Part shown: positions 28,199 through 38,630 of the stretch, one piece after another
How the letters are laid out: each line of letters opens with the position of its first letter
Position numbering within the stretch: the first letter of the stretch is position 1
DNA from: Salinivirgaceae bacterium
Lineage (GTDB): Bacteria > Bacteroidota > Bacteroidia > Bacteroidales > SZUA-534
Direction: 5' to 3'
Assembly: GCA_017551905.1 (NCBI GenBank)
Contig: JAFZKK010000150.1
Location: 3,592 to 67,591 of the forward strand
DNA: 64,000 nucleotides
The notes under the pieces: model-generated
Database searches by the model: none
What the model was told of the DNA's origin: nothing
The model's input: only the letters and a program-made list of their open reading frames with translations
Program-made: the position numbers and the translations under genes

Positions 28199-30178
28199 TT
28201 ATGATTTATAATTACGAGTCTGAACTTTGATTGCCTCATATTTGAGCGGTTCTTTCAGCAATTCAGGTTCGGTGTTGTCGTCTTTCTGGTAGTTCCAGCA
28301 GCCGACATAGAAGTAGTTCTCGTCGTCGCGTTTAGCCTCGCCTTCTTCGGTCTGATACTCCTCGCGGAAGTGTCCGCCGCAGCTCTCGTTGCGGTTCAGG
28401 GCGTCGTTAGCGATGAGCTCGCCCATTACAATGAAATCTTTCAGGTGGAAGGCTTTGTCGAGCTCGATGTTCATACCGTCTTTTGTTCCAGGAACAAACA
28501 GATTGGTTTCGAACTCTTTACGCAACTCTTTAAGTTTTTTGAGCGCTGTTTCCAGACTCTCTTTGGTGCGGCCCATACCAACATACTCCCACATAATGTG
28601 GCCGAGCTCCTTGTGGATAGAGTCAACCGAGCGTTTGCCCTTGATGTTCATCAGAGCGTCCTCGTCGGCTTCGCACTTCTTTTGAGCGTCCATAAACTCC
28701 TTGCTGTCAGGATTGAAGCGCGGAACAGTGATTTGGTCGCTCAAGTAGTTCTGAATGGTGTAAGGCAGAACGAAATATCCGTCGGCCAAGCCCTGCATCA
28801 GCGCCGAAGCACCAAGACGGTTGGCACCGTGGTCAGAGAAGTTGCACTCGCCAATGGCGAACAGACCTTTGACCGAAGTCTGCAACTCGTAATCGACCCA
28901 AAGACCGCCCATTGTGTAGTGGATGGCCGGGAAAATCATCATCGGGTTGTAGTATTTAACGCCGTTAATCTCGCGTGCGAACTCGCCCGGGTTAACGTCG
29001 GAAATCTCCTCATACATATCGAAAAGGTTGCCGTAGCGCTGACGGACAACGTCGATGCCAAGGCGGTTGATAGCCTCCGAGAAATCGAGGAACACAGCCA
29101 AACCTGTGTTGTTCACGCCGAAGCCTTTGTCGCAGCGCTCTTTGGCGGCGCGGCTGGCAACGTCGCGCGGAACCAGGTTGCCGAATGCCGGATAGCGGCG
29201 CTCCAAGTAGTAGTCGCGGTCTTCCTCCGGAATGTCAGAGCCTTTGATTTCGCCCTTCTGAAGACGTTTTGCGTCTTCAATCTTCTTCGGAACCCAAATG
29301 CGGCCGTCGTTACGCAACGACTCCGACATCAGTGTCAGTTTCGACTGTTTGTCGCCGTGAACCGGGATACAAGTCGGGTGAATCTGAACGTACGACGGGT
29401 TTGCAAAGTAAGCGCCCTTGCGGTAAGCGGCAATGGCAGCCGAGCAGTTGCAGCCCATAGCGTTGGTCGAAAGGAAGTAGGTGTTGCCGTAGCCGCCGGT
29501 TGCCAAAACAACAGCGTGAGCGGCAAAGCGCTCAAACTTGCCAGTTACAAGGTTTTTGGCGATGATGCCACGTGCGCGGCCGTCAACCATAACAATGTCG
29601 TGCATCTCGTAGCGGTTGTAGCTCTTCACCTTGCCAGCCTTGATTTGGCGGTTGAGCGACGAGTAAGCGCCAAGCAGAAGTTGCTGACCTGTCTGGCCTT
29701 TGGCGTAGAATGTACGGCTTACCTGTGCGCCACCGAACGAACGGTTGGCAAGCAGACCACCATACTCGCGTGCGAAAGGAACGCCCTGTGCAACGCATTG
29801 GTCGATAATGTTGTTCGAAACCTCGGCCAAGCGGTAAACGTTGGCTTCGCGTGCGCGATAGTCGCCACCTTTAACTGTATCGTAGAATAAGCGGTAAACC
29901 GAGTCACCGTCGTTCTGATAGTTCTTTGCAGCGTTGATACCGCCCTGTGCGGCAATCGAGTGAGCGCGGCGCGGTGAGTCCTGAATGCAGAAGTTCAGCA
30001 CGTTGAAGCCCATCTCGGCCAAAGTTGAAGCGGCCGAAGCGCCAGCCAAGCCTGTACCAACGACAATAATGTCGAGTTTGCGCTTGTTGGCGGGGTTCAC
30101 AAGTTTCTGATGTGCCTTATAGTTGGTCCATTTTTCAGCTATCGGACCTTCAGGTATTTTTGAATCTATTGTAGCCAT
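28199..30178 (-). CDS. frdA: fumarate reductase/succinate dehydrogenase flavoprotein subunit
   Basis: A 659-aa protein with the FAD-binding motif [12 protein letters not shown], the covalent-FAD His context [11 protein letters not shown] and the active-site segment HYTMGG. Confidence 0.95.
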   Translation of the reverse strand: MATIDSKIPEGPIAEKWTNYKAHQKLVNPANKRKLDIIVVGTGLAGASAASTLAEMGFNVLNFCIQDSPRRAHSIAAQGGINAAKNYQNDGDSVYRLFYDTVKGGDYRAREANVYRLAEVSNNIIDQCVAQGVPFAREYGGLLANRSFGGAQVSRTFYAKGQTGQQLLLGAYSSLNRQIKAGKVKSYNRYEMHDIVMVDGRARGIIAKNLVTGKFERFAAHAVVLATGGYGNTYFLSTNAMGCNCSAAIAAYRKGAYFANPSYVQIHPTCIPVHGDKQSKLTLMSESLRNDGRIWVPKKIEDAKRLQKGEIKGSDIPEEDRDYYLERRYPAFGNLVPRDVASRAAKERCDKGFGVNNTGLAVFLDFSEAINRLGIDVVRQRYGNLFDMYEEISDVNPGEFAREINGVKYYNPMMIFPAIHYTMGGLWVDYELQTSVKGLFAIGECNFSDHGANRLGASALMQGLADGYFVLPYTIQNYLSDQITVPRFNPDSKEFMDAQKKCEADEDALMNIKGKRSVDSIHKELGHIMWEYVGMGRTKESLETALKKLKELRKEFETNLFVPGTKDGMNIELDKAFHLKDFIVMGELIANDALNRNESCGGHFREEYQTEEGEAKRDDENYFYVGCWNYQKDDNTEPELLKEPLKYEAIKVQTRNYKS

Positions 30179-30200
30179 ATTATTTCAAATTAAATAGTTA

Positions 30201-30872
30201 TCAAAGCGATTTAATGAAAGCAGCAATAACAACAGCTGCAAAGCCCAGGAAGATGACTGATGTTACAATGTTCGAGATGCAACGCCAGCGGTCAATCCAA
30301 ACCTTGTTGTTCCAGCCGATGGTCTGAAGTGCGCTCCAGAAGCCGTGTCCCAAGTGGAACCAGATGGCTACGAACCAAACCAGGTAAAGGATAACAACAG
30401 GCAGCTGGCCGAACCAGTAGTTCATCCAAGCGGCGCCGTCGGCCACACCAAACTGGTTACCGGTAACGCCGGCAATCTCGGCAAACTGCATCTTGTACCA
30501 GAACTGGCTCAAGTGAAGGCCAAGGCCAACAAAAACGATGATTCCCAGAACCAGCATATTCTGCGAAGCCCACTCAACAGCGGCGGGTTTCTCCTGGCAA
30601 GCGTATCTTTCAACGCCGCGAGCCTTGCGGTTCTGAATGGTCAGGATGAAGGCGTAAATGATGTGGAACACAAATCCCGCAGCCAGAACCAGCGTTCCGG
30701 CCAAGGCGTACCAGTTGGCGCCAAGGAATTCGCACACGGCATTGTAAGCCTCACCACTAAAAATTGCCACCACATTCATCGACATATGGAACAGCAAAAA
30801 CAACACAAGGAAAAGACCTGATATACTCATTATCAGCTTCTTTCCGATTGATGACAAACAAGAATTACTCAT
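30201..30872 (-). CDS. frdC: fumarate reductase/succinate dehydrogenase cytochrome b subunit (Bacteroidetes type)
   Basis: A 223-aa five-TM protein with conserved His residues, first gene of the frdCAB arrangement known from Bacteroides. Confidence 0.85.
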   Translation of the reverse strand: MSNSCLSSIGKKLIMSISGLFLVLFLLFHMSMNVVAIFSGEAYNAVCEFLGANWYALAGTLVLAAGFVFHIIYAFILTIQNRKARGVERYACQEKPAAVEWASQNMLVLGIIVFVGLGLHLSQFWYKMQFAEIAGVTGNQFGVADGAAWMNYWFGQLPVVILYLVWFVAIWFHLGHGFWSALQTIGWNNKVWIDRWRCISNIVTSVIFLGFAAVVIAAFIKSL

Positions 30873-30910
30873 AGTCTGATTTTTTAATTAAATGTCAGTT
30901 AAAATTTGGG

Positions 30911-30918
30911 CAAAGCTA
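30911..30918 (-). promoter_or_regulatory. candidate -7 promoter box (TAgcTTTG) for frdCAB
   Basis: The reverse strand reads TAGCTTTG 38 nt upstream of ATG 30872. Confidence 0.45.
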
Positions 30919-31104
30919 ACAATTTTCGGTTGCAAATAAGGGTGGGGAAGGGGATTTTCGGCGAAATTTTCATTGGGGGACTAATCTAAGTAAAACGAGT
31001 TGATTTACAATGATATATTTCTCATATCAATCGTTTCGCAGACCATAATTAATTTTATGATACATATATAATATGTATAAATCGGAGGGGGGGAGGAACC
31101 ACAA

Positions 31105-31572
31105 CTAATTCTTCGCCGTTTCGTCGGCCAGCTTGGGATATTTGATTTTCGATTTCACCACGTATGAGTCTGGATACAAGTTCTTTATCTTGTGGTAGAA
31201 AGCGTTAGCCTCGCCTTTGCTGCGGAAATCACCCACGCACATCTTGAAATACGGAGCCTTGTATTCTGAATAGATTTGCGCATTGTCGAAATCGGGGAAG
31301 TTGCGCAGAAACTGTTGGCTGATGCTTAGCATAGTGGCGCGGGCGTTCTGTCCCGAGCCAGAAAAAATCTGCACGCGGTAGCCGTTCATGCCTTCGCGCT
31401 TGTTGGCATCGGCAAAAATGTCAACCATTTTATAGAGTTTCGTGTCCTGCAAAACCGATATTTTTCCATAGCCGTCGTGCTGTTCGTTCAGCTGGAGAAA
31501 CAAGTCGTTGGTCTGCGCTTTGGCGCACAAACCCGAAAAAATCAGCATTGCTGCAAACAATAAACGTGACAT
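31105..31572 (-). CDS. SPOR domain-containing protein
   Basis: Signal peptide from MSRLLFAAMLIFSGLCAKAQ and a C-terminal SPOR-like domain (GYRVQIFSGSGQNAR...YFKMCVGDFRSKGEANAF). The ATG at 31572 is preferred over the TTG at 31593. Confidence 0.75.
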   Translation of the reverse strand: MSRLLFAAMLIFSGLCAKAQTNDLFLQLNEQHDGYGKISVLQDTKLYKMVDIFADANKREGMNGYRVQIFSGSGQNARATMLSISQQFLRNFPDFDNAQIYSEYKAPYFKMCVGDFRSKGEANAFYHKIKNLYPDSYVVKSKIKYPKLADETAKN

Positions 31573-31672
31573 AATTTCTGTTTTTCTGCGCAAAGATAAG
31601 CATTAATTGGCTTGCTCATTATTTTTTCGAATTACATTTGCCATCGCATGCTTAATTAAAATTCAGCAGAAA

Positions 31673-32716
31673 ATGTCAGAAAACAAAAAAACAGCCACTC
31701 CGTTATCGGCTTTAGGCGAATTTGGCTTGATAGACCGATTGACTAAACCGTTCAAAATCAGTAACAAATCGACCATAAAAGGTGTTGGTGATGATGCCGC
31801 AATAATAAATTCGGAAGGAAAGGAAATTCTTGTCACCACCGATTTGCTTGCCGAAGGTGTTCACTTCGATTTGGTTTACACGCCGTTGCAGCATCTTGGC
31901 TACAAAGCCGTAGTTGTCAATCTGTCAGATATTTACGCCATGGGCGGAACACCAAAGCAGATAACCGTTTCGCTTGCCGTGTCATCTAAATTTTCGGTTG
32001 AGGCGCTTGAGCAGCTCTACGATGGTATCCGCCGCGCTTGCGAGCACTATGAGGTTGACCTTGTGGGCGGTGACACCACCAGCTCGCTAACGGGGCTTGT
32101 CATCAGCATTACGGCTATCGGCCAGATTGAAAGTGGCGCGGCAGTGATGCGCAACGGTGCCAAAGCTGGCGATTTGGTTTGTGTGTCGGGCGATTTGGGC
32201 GGAGCATATGCTGGTTTGCAGATACTTAAACGTGAACGCGAGGTCTATATGGTGAATCCGGCCTCGCAACCCGACCTGTCGAAATATAGCTATGTTATTG
32301 GCCGTCAGCTCAAACCAGAAGCTCGCCGCGATATTATAAGCCGCATGAAGGAGGTCGGCCTGACTCCAACCGCAATGATTGACATTAGCGACGGATTGTC
32401 GTCGGAATTGCTGCACATCTGCAAACAATCGGGCTGCGGAGTGAAGATTTATGAGAGCAAACTGCCGGTTGACGAACAAACTGAGACTGTGGCAAACGAG
32501 CTGCACATGGACCCGACACTGATAGCCATGAACGGCGGTGAGGATTACGAGTTGTTATTCACCATTCCAGCCGACCAGGTCGAAATTGCCGGCAATATGC
32601 AGGAAATATCAATCATCGGGCAGATAACAAACGAGCCTGGCGTTTATACCCTTATGGGACGTGTGGCCGGTAGCACCCGCATTTCGGCACAAGGGTGGGA
32701 GGCTTATAAAGAGTGA
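31673..32716 (+). CDS. thiL: thiamine-phosphate kinase
   Basis: Shows LGEFGLIDRL...GVGDDAA, the AIR-synthase-like fold motif GGDTT and a C-terminal GGEDYELLFT. Start is set at ATG 31673 (MSENKK). Confidence 0.88.
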   Translation: MSENKKTATPLSALGEFGLIDRLTKPFKISNKSTIKGVGDDAAIINSEGKEILVTTDLLAEGVHFDLVYTPLQHLGYKAVVVNLSDIYAMGGTPKQITVSLAVSSKFSVEALEQLYDGIRRACEHYEVDLVGGDTTSSLTGLVISITAIGQIESGAAVMRNGAKAGDLVCVSGDLGGAYAGLQILKREREVYMVNPASQPDLSKYSYVIGRQLKPEARRDIISRMKEVGLTPTAMIDISDGLSSELLHICKQSGCGVKIYESKLPVDEQTETVANELHMDPTLIAMNGGEDYELLFTIPADQVEIAGNMQEISIIGQITNEPGVYTLMGRVAGSTRISAQGWEAYKE

Positions 32717-32811
32717 TTATTGGTGATTAAAGAGCAAGGTGTAAAGTGAAGCAAGTTTTTTACTGTTGGAATTACACACCTTTAATATATTTGCAATAAA
32801 AAAATAGCATA

Positions 32812-33807
32812 ATGTTTGAATTAGGACGAATTGGAATCATTGGCGGCGGCAGTTGGGCTACCGCTATTGCTAAAATCATTGAGGAGAATCCGCAGCCTCT
32901 GAACTGGTATATACATGCGCCTGAAGCCGTTGAACACATGAAGAAAAACGGCAATAACCCATTGTATCTCAGTTCGGTGGAGTTCGATACTAAAAATCTG
33001 AATCTTACTTCCGATATCAACGAAGTGGTTCGCAACAGCGACACTGTCTTGTTTGTGACGCCGTCGGCTTACTTGAAATCGACAATGGAGCCGCTTACCG
33101 AGTCGCTGACCGACAAAACAGTGGTTTCGGCCATAAAAGGCATTGTGCCGGGCGACAATTTGCTTGTTGGCGACTATCTGCACAAGATGCACAAGGTGCC
33201 TTACAACAATATCGGCATAATAACCGGTCCGTGCCACGCCGAGGAGATTGCGCTCGAAAGGCTGTCGTACATCACTATCGCTTTTACCGAGGAGGAGAAA
33301 GCCGAAGCTGTGGCTGCCAAAATGCGTAACCGCTACGTGCGCACAATTATTTCCGACGATATTCTTGGAACCGAATATGCCGCTGTGCTGAAGAACATTT
33401 ACGCGCTTGCCGCCGGTGTCTGCCTGAGTCTGGGCTATGGCGACAATTTCTTGGCTGTGCTTATTTCCAATGCAATACGCGAGATGAAACGTTTCACCGA
33501 TTGTGTCTATCCAATCAACCGCGACATCAAAGACAGCGCCTACCTTGGCGATTTGCTGGTAACGGCCTACTCGCAATTCAGCCGCAACCGCTATTTCGGC
33601 ACAATGATTGGCAAAGGTTATTCGGTGGAACATATTAAAAATGAGATGAATATGGTAGCCGAAGGCTATTATGCGTCGAAGTGCATCCACGAGATTAACA
33701 AGAAGCACAACGTCAACATGCCTATCTCGGAAAGCATATATTCAATCTTGTACGAAGGCAAGTCTCCAAAACAGACAATCAAAGAGTTAACAGAACAACT
33801 ATCATAA
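32812..33807 (+). CDS. gpsA: NAD(P)H-dependent glycerol-3-phosphate dehydrogenase
   Basis: Rossmann motif IGIIGGGSWATAIA, plus AVLKNIYALAAG and GLGDL-type motifs. Length is 331 aa. Confidence 0.9.
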   Translation: MFELGRIGIIGGGSWATAIAKIIEENPQPLNWYIHAPEAVEHMKKNGNNPLYLSSVEFDTKNLNLTSDINEVVRNSDTVLFVTPSAYLKSTMEPLTESLTDKTVVSAIKGIVPGDNLLVGDYLHKMHKVPYNNIGIITGPCHAEEIALERLSYITIAFTEEEKAEAVAAKMRNRYVRTIISDDILGTEYAAVLKNIYALAAGVCLSLGYGDNFLAVLISNAIREMKRFTDCVYPINRDIKDSAYLGDLLVTAYSQFSRNRYFGTMIGKGYSVEHIKNEMNMVAEGYYASKCIHEINKKHNVNMPISESIYSILYEGKSPKQTIKELTEQLS

Positions 33808-33818
33808 ATTAATAAGCT

Positions 33819-35165
33819 ATGTCAGAAAATCTGAAGGTTGACTATTCAAAGACCTTAAAATTCATCAGCAATGCCGATATTTTGGCATACAAAGATGCTG
33901 TAAAACAAAATATTACAACACTTTATAATGGCACAGGCAAGGGAAGCGACTTCCTTGGCTGGGTAAATCTTCCGTCTTCGATAAGTGCTGCCGAACTGAC
34001 CGACATCAAGGCGACAGCCAAAAAGTTAGGCGATTTGTGCGAGGTTGTTGTCGTTATCGGCATTGGCGGTTCATATCTTGGTGCAAAAGCCGTAATCGAC
34101 GCATTGTCAGACAATTTCGCACAACTCAAACCGCGCAAAAACCCGCTTGTGATATTTGCCGGACAAAACATTAGCGAGGATTATCTGACTGAGTTACAGG
34201 CAGTATTGAAAACCCGCAAATGGGGCATCATTGTAATATCGAAGTCGGGAACAACAACCGAGCCGGCCATTGCCTTCCGCGTGCTTAAAGCCGATTGCGA
34301 GGCGCAGTTTGGCAAAGCCGAAGCCGTGAAGCGCATTGTCGCCATAACCGACGCCAAGAAAGGCGCGCTGCGCACTTTGGCCAATCAGGAAGGCTACAAG
34401 ACATATGTCATTCCTGACAATGTGGGTGGCCGTTTCAGCGTGCTCACTCCAGTTGGATTGTTGCCGATAGCCGTTGCCGGTTTCGACATCGACCAACTTG
34501 TGAAAGGCGCCGCCGATATGGAAAAATCGACCACTGCCGACATCGAATTTGAGAAGAATCCGGCTGCCGTGTATGCCGCTGTGCGTAACGCACTGTATCG
34601 CAATGGAAAAGGCGTTGAGATAACTGCCAACTACAACCCGAAATTGCACTATTTTGCCGAGTGGTGGAAGCAACTATACGGCGAAAGCGAAGGCAAAGAG
34701 CAGAAAGGCATTTTCCCAGCAAGTGTCGATTTTACATCGGACCTGCATAGTATGGGACAATATATTCAGCAAGGACAACGCTGTCTGTTTGAGACAGTTA
34801 TATCGATTGACAAGCCGAACTCAAGCTTGCAAATAGCTGCCGATGAAAAGAACCTCGACGGGCTTAACTTCTTGGCTGGCAAGCATATCGACGAGGTGAA
34901 CAAAATGGCCGAGTTGGGCACCATTTTGGCGCACGTTGACGGCGGCGTGCCAAACATCCGCGTGTCAATTCCGCAACTCAACGCCTACTATTTGGGCCAA
35001 CTGATTTATTTCTACGAGATTGCGTGCGGCATTTCGGGCTATTTGCTCGATGTCAATCCGTTCGACCAGCCGGGTGTTGAGGCTTACAAGAAAAATATGT
35101 TCGCCTTACTCGACAAGCCGGGCTATGAGGCTGAATCTAAAGCGATTAAAGAGAAACTGAAATGA
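33819..35165 (+). CDS. pgi: glucose-6-phosphate isomerase
   Basis: A 448-aa protein with the SIS domain motifs [10 protein letters not shown] and [21 protein letters not shown], and GESEGK. Confidence 0.93.
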   Translation: MSENLKVDYSKTLKFISNADILAYKDAVKQNITTLYNGTGKGSDFLGWVNLPSSISAAELTDIKATAKKLGDLCEVVVVIGIGGSYLGAKAVIDALSDNFAQLKPRKNPLVIFAGQNISEDYLTELQAVLKTRKWGIIVISKSGTTTEPAIAFRVLKADCEAQFGKAEAVKRIVAITDAKKGALRTLANQEGYKTYVIPDNVGGRFSVLTPVGLLPIAVAGFDIDQLVKGAADMEKSTTADIEFEKNPAAVYAAVRNALYRNGKGVEITANYNPKLHYFAEWWKQLYGESEGKEQKGIFPASVDFTSDLHSMGQYIQQGQRCLFETVISIDKPNSSLQIAADEKNLDGLNFLAGKHIDEVNKMAELGTILAHVDGGVPNIRVSIPQLNAYYLGQLIYFYEIACGISGYLLDVNPFDQPGVEAYKKNMFALLDKPGYEAESKAIKEKLK

Positions 35166-36334
35166 GTAAAAATCTCATCCGTGCAACGGTTTGTGCATTG
35201 TTGTTGACGGCCTGCCACTCCGAACCGGCTGTTGAACATTATATTAATGTGTCGGGCGAGATAGCTGGCGCACAAGGCAAATACTTGAAAATTATCGACA
35301 TGACACAAATGGGGCTCAAGCCCGATTCTATTTTGATTGACGAGAATGGACAGTTCGGATTCAGTCAGAAAAGCGTTGAGCCTAAGGATTTTGTGCTGTT
35401 CATCGAGCCGGAAAACAATATCCGCCTTCTGCCGTGTCCTGATGAAAATGTTGTTGTGTCGGCAAAATATCCGAATCTTGTTGAAAGCTACACGGTTAGC
35501 GGTTCTGCGGAGTCGGAGCGACTGGCAACATTGTTAAAGCAACACAACCGTTGCAACTATGTGCTCGACACGCTCAACCATTATTATATGGCCAATCAGT
35601 TGAGCCGCAATCTGAACAAGATTATCGAAAGCGTCAGACAGCAGTCCGATTCAATTTTGAAGGCCGACCGTCAGGCGCATGAGCAGTTTATCCGTCAGCA
35701 GCCTGGCTCGCTGGCAAGCTATGTTGCTCTGTCGTCGAAGTTGGGGTTGCGCACCAATCTGTTTGATATTGAGAAAGATTACGAGTTCTTCGAAATGGTT
35801 GACACTGCGCTGATGAACCGTTACGACACCATTGCCATAACCACCATGCTCGACCGCTACGTTAAGCAGTCGAAAGCCGCCAATATGATGCGGCCTAAGC
35901 GCAACGGTGGCATAGCCATTGGCGATACCATGCCCGATTTGGCAATGCCGAATCCTTATGGCGACACTATCCGCTTGTCGAAATTGGCTGGCAAATATGT
36001 GTTGGTGAACTTCTGGGGCAGTTGGTGCCGTCCGTGCCGCGAGCAGCATGTGGAGTTGCGCAGAGTCTTCCGCACTTACCGCTATCGTGGATTCGACATC
36101 TACTCGGTGGCTCTCGAGCGCAGCCTCGACGATTGGAAAAACACCATTCGCGAGGACAGGCTGATATGGATTAACCATGTGAGCGAGCTGAACTATATGG
36201 ACAGCCGCGCCGCGCGCCAGCTTGGTGTGGAGTCGGTGCCGTTCAACGCGCTGATTGACGGTAACCGTGTGGTTTTGGCCAAAAACCTCACTCCGGCCGA
36301 ATTGAATGCAAAACTTGCCGAACTTATTAAATAG
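35162..36334 (+). CDS. TlpA-family thiol:disulfide oxidoreductase lipoprotein (thioredoxin fold)
   Basis: Has a lipobox (LLTACHS). The C-terminal thioredoxin-like domain carries the active site FWGSWCRPC. Confidence 0.8.
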   Translation: MSKNLIRATVCALLLTACHSEPAVEHYINVSGEIAGAQGKYLKIIDMTQMGLKPDSILIDENGQFGFSQKSVEPKDFVLFIEPENNIRLLPCPDENVVVSAKYPNLVESYTVSGSAESERLATLLKQHNRCNYVLDTLNHYYMANQLSRNLNKIIESVRQQSDSILKADRQAHEQFIRQQPGSLASYVALSSKLGLRTNLFDIEKDYEFFEMVDTALMNRYDTIAITTMLDRYVKQSKAANMMRPKRNGGIAIGDTMPDLAMPNPYGDTIRLSKLAGKYVLVNFWGSWCRPCREQHVELRRVFRTYRYRGFDIYSVALERSLDDWKNTIREDRLIWINHVSELNYMDSRAARQLGVESVPFNALIDGNRVVLAKNLTPAELNAKLAELIK

Positions 36335-36339
36335 CAGTC

Positions 36340-37104
36340 GTGCCACGGGTTTATTTCGCATCAGATGTTCATTTGGGATTTCCGAATCCCGAGCAGTCGC
36401 AATGGCGCGAGCATCTGTTTGTCAATTGGCTCGACTCAATAAAAAACGACGCCACCGAACTCTATTTAGTTGGTGACATCTTCGATTTTTGGTACGAATA
36501 TAAATTCGTGATACCCAAAGGTTTTGTGCGCACACTTGGCAAACTTGCCGAACTTGCCGACCTCGGGGTCAAGGTCCATTTTTTCACCGGCAACCACGAT
36601 GTTTGGGCGTTCAGCTATCTGCACGATGAGATTGGCGCCACGCTTCATTTTGAGCCGTTTACGACTGAGATTGCCGGCAAAAAGTTCTACATTGCCCATG
36701 GCGACGGACTCGGTCCTGGCGAATGGTCGTACAAACTGTTACTTGGAATTTTCCACAGCCGGGTGGCACAGTTCCTTTTCTCGACATTTCTGCATCCGAA
36801 TCTGGCAATGCGCTTCGGCCACTCATGGTCAAACTCGAGCCGTAACGGCAAGGGGCTTGTGGCTCCGCCTTACATGGGCGACGACAAGGAACATATATAT
36901 ATGTATGCCAAAGAATTAGCCGCAAAAGAACATTTCGACTATATGATTTTCGGTCATCGGCATATAATTGTCGAGAAGAAAATTGAGCCCGACACACATT
37001 TTGTGATGCTTGGCGACTGGCTTACAAACTTCAGCTACGGAGTTTTCGACGGCGAAAAATTTGAAATCAGATGCCTCGAAATTGATAAAACAGACAAAAA
37101 GTGA
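36340..37104 (+). CDS. lpxH: UDP-2,3-diacylglucosamine diphosphatase
   Basis: Calcineurin-like phosphoesterase motifs are present: FASDVHLG, GDIFDFW, GNHD and HGD. The start is GTG, 5 nt after the preceding stop. Confidence 0.85.
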   Translation: MPRVYFASDVHLGFPNPEQSQWREHLFVNWLDSIKNDATELYLVGDIFDFWYEYKFVIPKGFVRTLGKLAELADLGVKVHFFTGNHDVWAFSYLHDEIGATLHFEPFTTEIAGKKFYIAHGDGLGPGEWSYKLLLGIFHSRVAQFLFSTFLHPNLAMRFGHSWSNSSRNGKGLVAPPYMGDDKEHIYMYAKELAAKEHFDYMIFGHRHIIVEKKIEPDTHFVMLGDWLTNFSYGVFDGEKFEIRCLEIDKTDKK

Positions 37105-37148
37105 ATATATTTACACTCAAATTATTAGAAATTTTAAAACATACAGAT

Positions 37149-37988
37149 ATGAATCGCATTTGTAAAACCTTACTATTGGCAGTCGCTGTTCTGGGACTGG
37201 CCGCTTCGTGCAACAATGCAGGCAACAACAAAGGAAAAGCAAAGAAAACATTGAACGAGTTGAATGTGGAGGATGTGATTTTTGATGAGCAGAAAGGCAT
37301 CATAAACTATAAGATTCCTTCGCCGTTGGAGATGTTTTTGCGTTTGCAGCGCATCAAGGCTCCGTTCAAAATGGAACTGCCCAACAAACCAATCAATTCG
37401 CAGCGTTATATCACTCAGTATCAGCGAGCTGTAAACATGGGCGTTTATGCATCGGATATGGCTTATTGCTGCATTTTGGGCGATTCGCAAAACACGCTGG
37501 TTTACTTCAACATGGTTAAGAATATGTCGGTTGAGGTTGGCCTTTACGAAGGTGTGAACAAGGAACTTGCTGACCGCGTGCTCGACAATCTGTCGGAGAG
37601 TGACACACTCATCAGCATTACCGCCGACTCATATTACGAGGTGGTTAACTATATTGAGGAACAAGGACTTGGCGACATTCAATGCCTTGTTGTAGCTGGC
37701 TCGTGGATTGAGAGCATCTACTTGTGCCTTAAAACCATTTGTGATTTGAAAATTGACGACCAGGTAATGGGAATTATTGAAGACCACCAGGTTATTCTCG
37801 AAAATCTGGCCGAGCTGCTTGAGCAAAACAAGCAGGACCGCAATGTTGCGAAACTGCTCGAAGAGATAAAATCCATTCAAACAGCTTACGACGTGAACTA
37901 TCAAAACGAGGGTAAGATGCTGACACAAAAGCAATTCTCCGACATTGTGAACGCAGTATCTGATTCTCGTGAAAGAATTATAATGTAA
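37149..37988 (+). CDS. hypothetical lipoprotein, predicted mostly helical
   Basis: Has a lipobox (LGLAASCNN) after MNRICKTLLLAVAV. I recognise no family. The ATG at 37149 is preferred over the 37101 start. Confidence 0.6.
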   Translation: MNRICKTLLLAVAVLGLAASCNNAGNNKGKAKKTLNELNVEDVIFDEQKGIINYKIPSPLEMFLRLQRIKAPFKMELPNKPINSQRYITQYQRAVNMGVYASDMAYCCILGDSQNTLVYFNMVKNMSVEVGLYEGVNKELADRVLDNLSESDTLISITADSYYEVVNYIEEQGLGDIQCLVVAGSWIESIYLCLKTICDLKIDDQVMGIIEDHQVILENLAELLEQNKQDRNVAKLLEEIKSIQTAYDVNYQNEGKMLTQKQFSDIVNAVSDSRERIIM

Positions 37989-37992
37989 TTGT

Positions 37993-38613
37993 ATGATTAT
38001 GAAGATAATAAATAGAACGTTCGCAGTGGCGTTGGCATCGGTATTAATAATGTCGTGCTTGGGCGCCAATGGGCAGAACTGCTCAAAAAAGAAGTTGGCC
38101 AGCAACGAACTGAAAGGAAAATTCGATTACCGCGGCCAGTCGCTGTTCCGTCCGTTAAACACGGGCGACTCCATTACTTTGAATGTGGTGCTCTACTCGA
38201 AGCAGAATTACAGACTGTTTGTGGTGGGCGAGCAGAAACTTGGCAAACTCAACTATCAGATTTACGTGCCAAGCAAAAAGTTTACGCGCGTGGTGCAAAG
38301 TGTTGAGGAAAAGAAAGTTCCGGTCTACAAAAAAGACCCGCTCGGGTTCTATCTATACGACAAAAACGGACAAAAAGTTAAGATTGGCGAACAGACAATC
38401 CAAGACACCATTTGGAGCCGCGAGACCACATCAATCAACGATTTGGTGTTCGACAGCCGCACATCCGAACAGCAGTTCTGGGAGGCCACGCCGGTTAAGA
38501 CTCAGAGCATTACAATTAAAGTGTATGTCGACCCTGCCGCCAAGAAAGTTGACGGTTGCGTCGGCCTTTATGTAGGCTGCGAGTATTCAAACGCATCACA
38601 ATTTATCCGATAG
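37993..38613 (+). CDS. hypothetical exported protein
   Basis: Has a signal peptide (MIMKIINRTFAVALASVLIMSCLGANGQ) and a composition that looks beta-rich. I recognise no family. Confidence 0.6.
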   Translation: MIMKIINRTFAVALASVLIMSCLGANGQNCSKKKLASNELKGKFDYRGQSLFRPLNTGDSITLNVVLYSKQNYRLFVVGEQKLGKLNYQIYVPSKKFTRVVQSVEEKKVPVYKKDPLGFYLYDKNGQKVKIGEQTIQDTIWSRETTSINDLVFDSRTSEQQFWEATPVKTQSITIKVYVDPAAKKVDGCVGLYVGCEYSNASQFIR

Positions 38614-38630
38614 ATTCAAATTAAAATATT

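Noticed and set aside
28370-29890. 506-aa plus-strand ORF and many other long antisense ORFs (for example 4634..5434, 8072..8803, 10369..11052, 16025..16753, 20867..21709, 22857..23687, 32821..33708, 35651..36361, 43077..43748, 44848..45537, 47940..48950, 49292..50029, 51996..52829)
   Set aside because: Each lies entirely opposite a gene with an unambiguous conserved product. Their translations are low-complexity, rich in R/A/V/H/Q, and show no motifs. They are the usual stop-poor shadow frames of codon-biased genes.
31087-31093. G7 homopolymer as a phase-variation switch
   Set aside because: It lies 12 nt beyond the stop of the SPOR gene and more than 200 nt upstream of the frdC start. It is outside any coding region or recognisable promoter spacer, and seven bases is short for efficient slippage.
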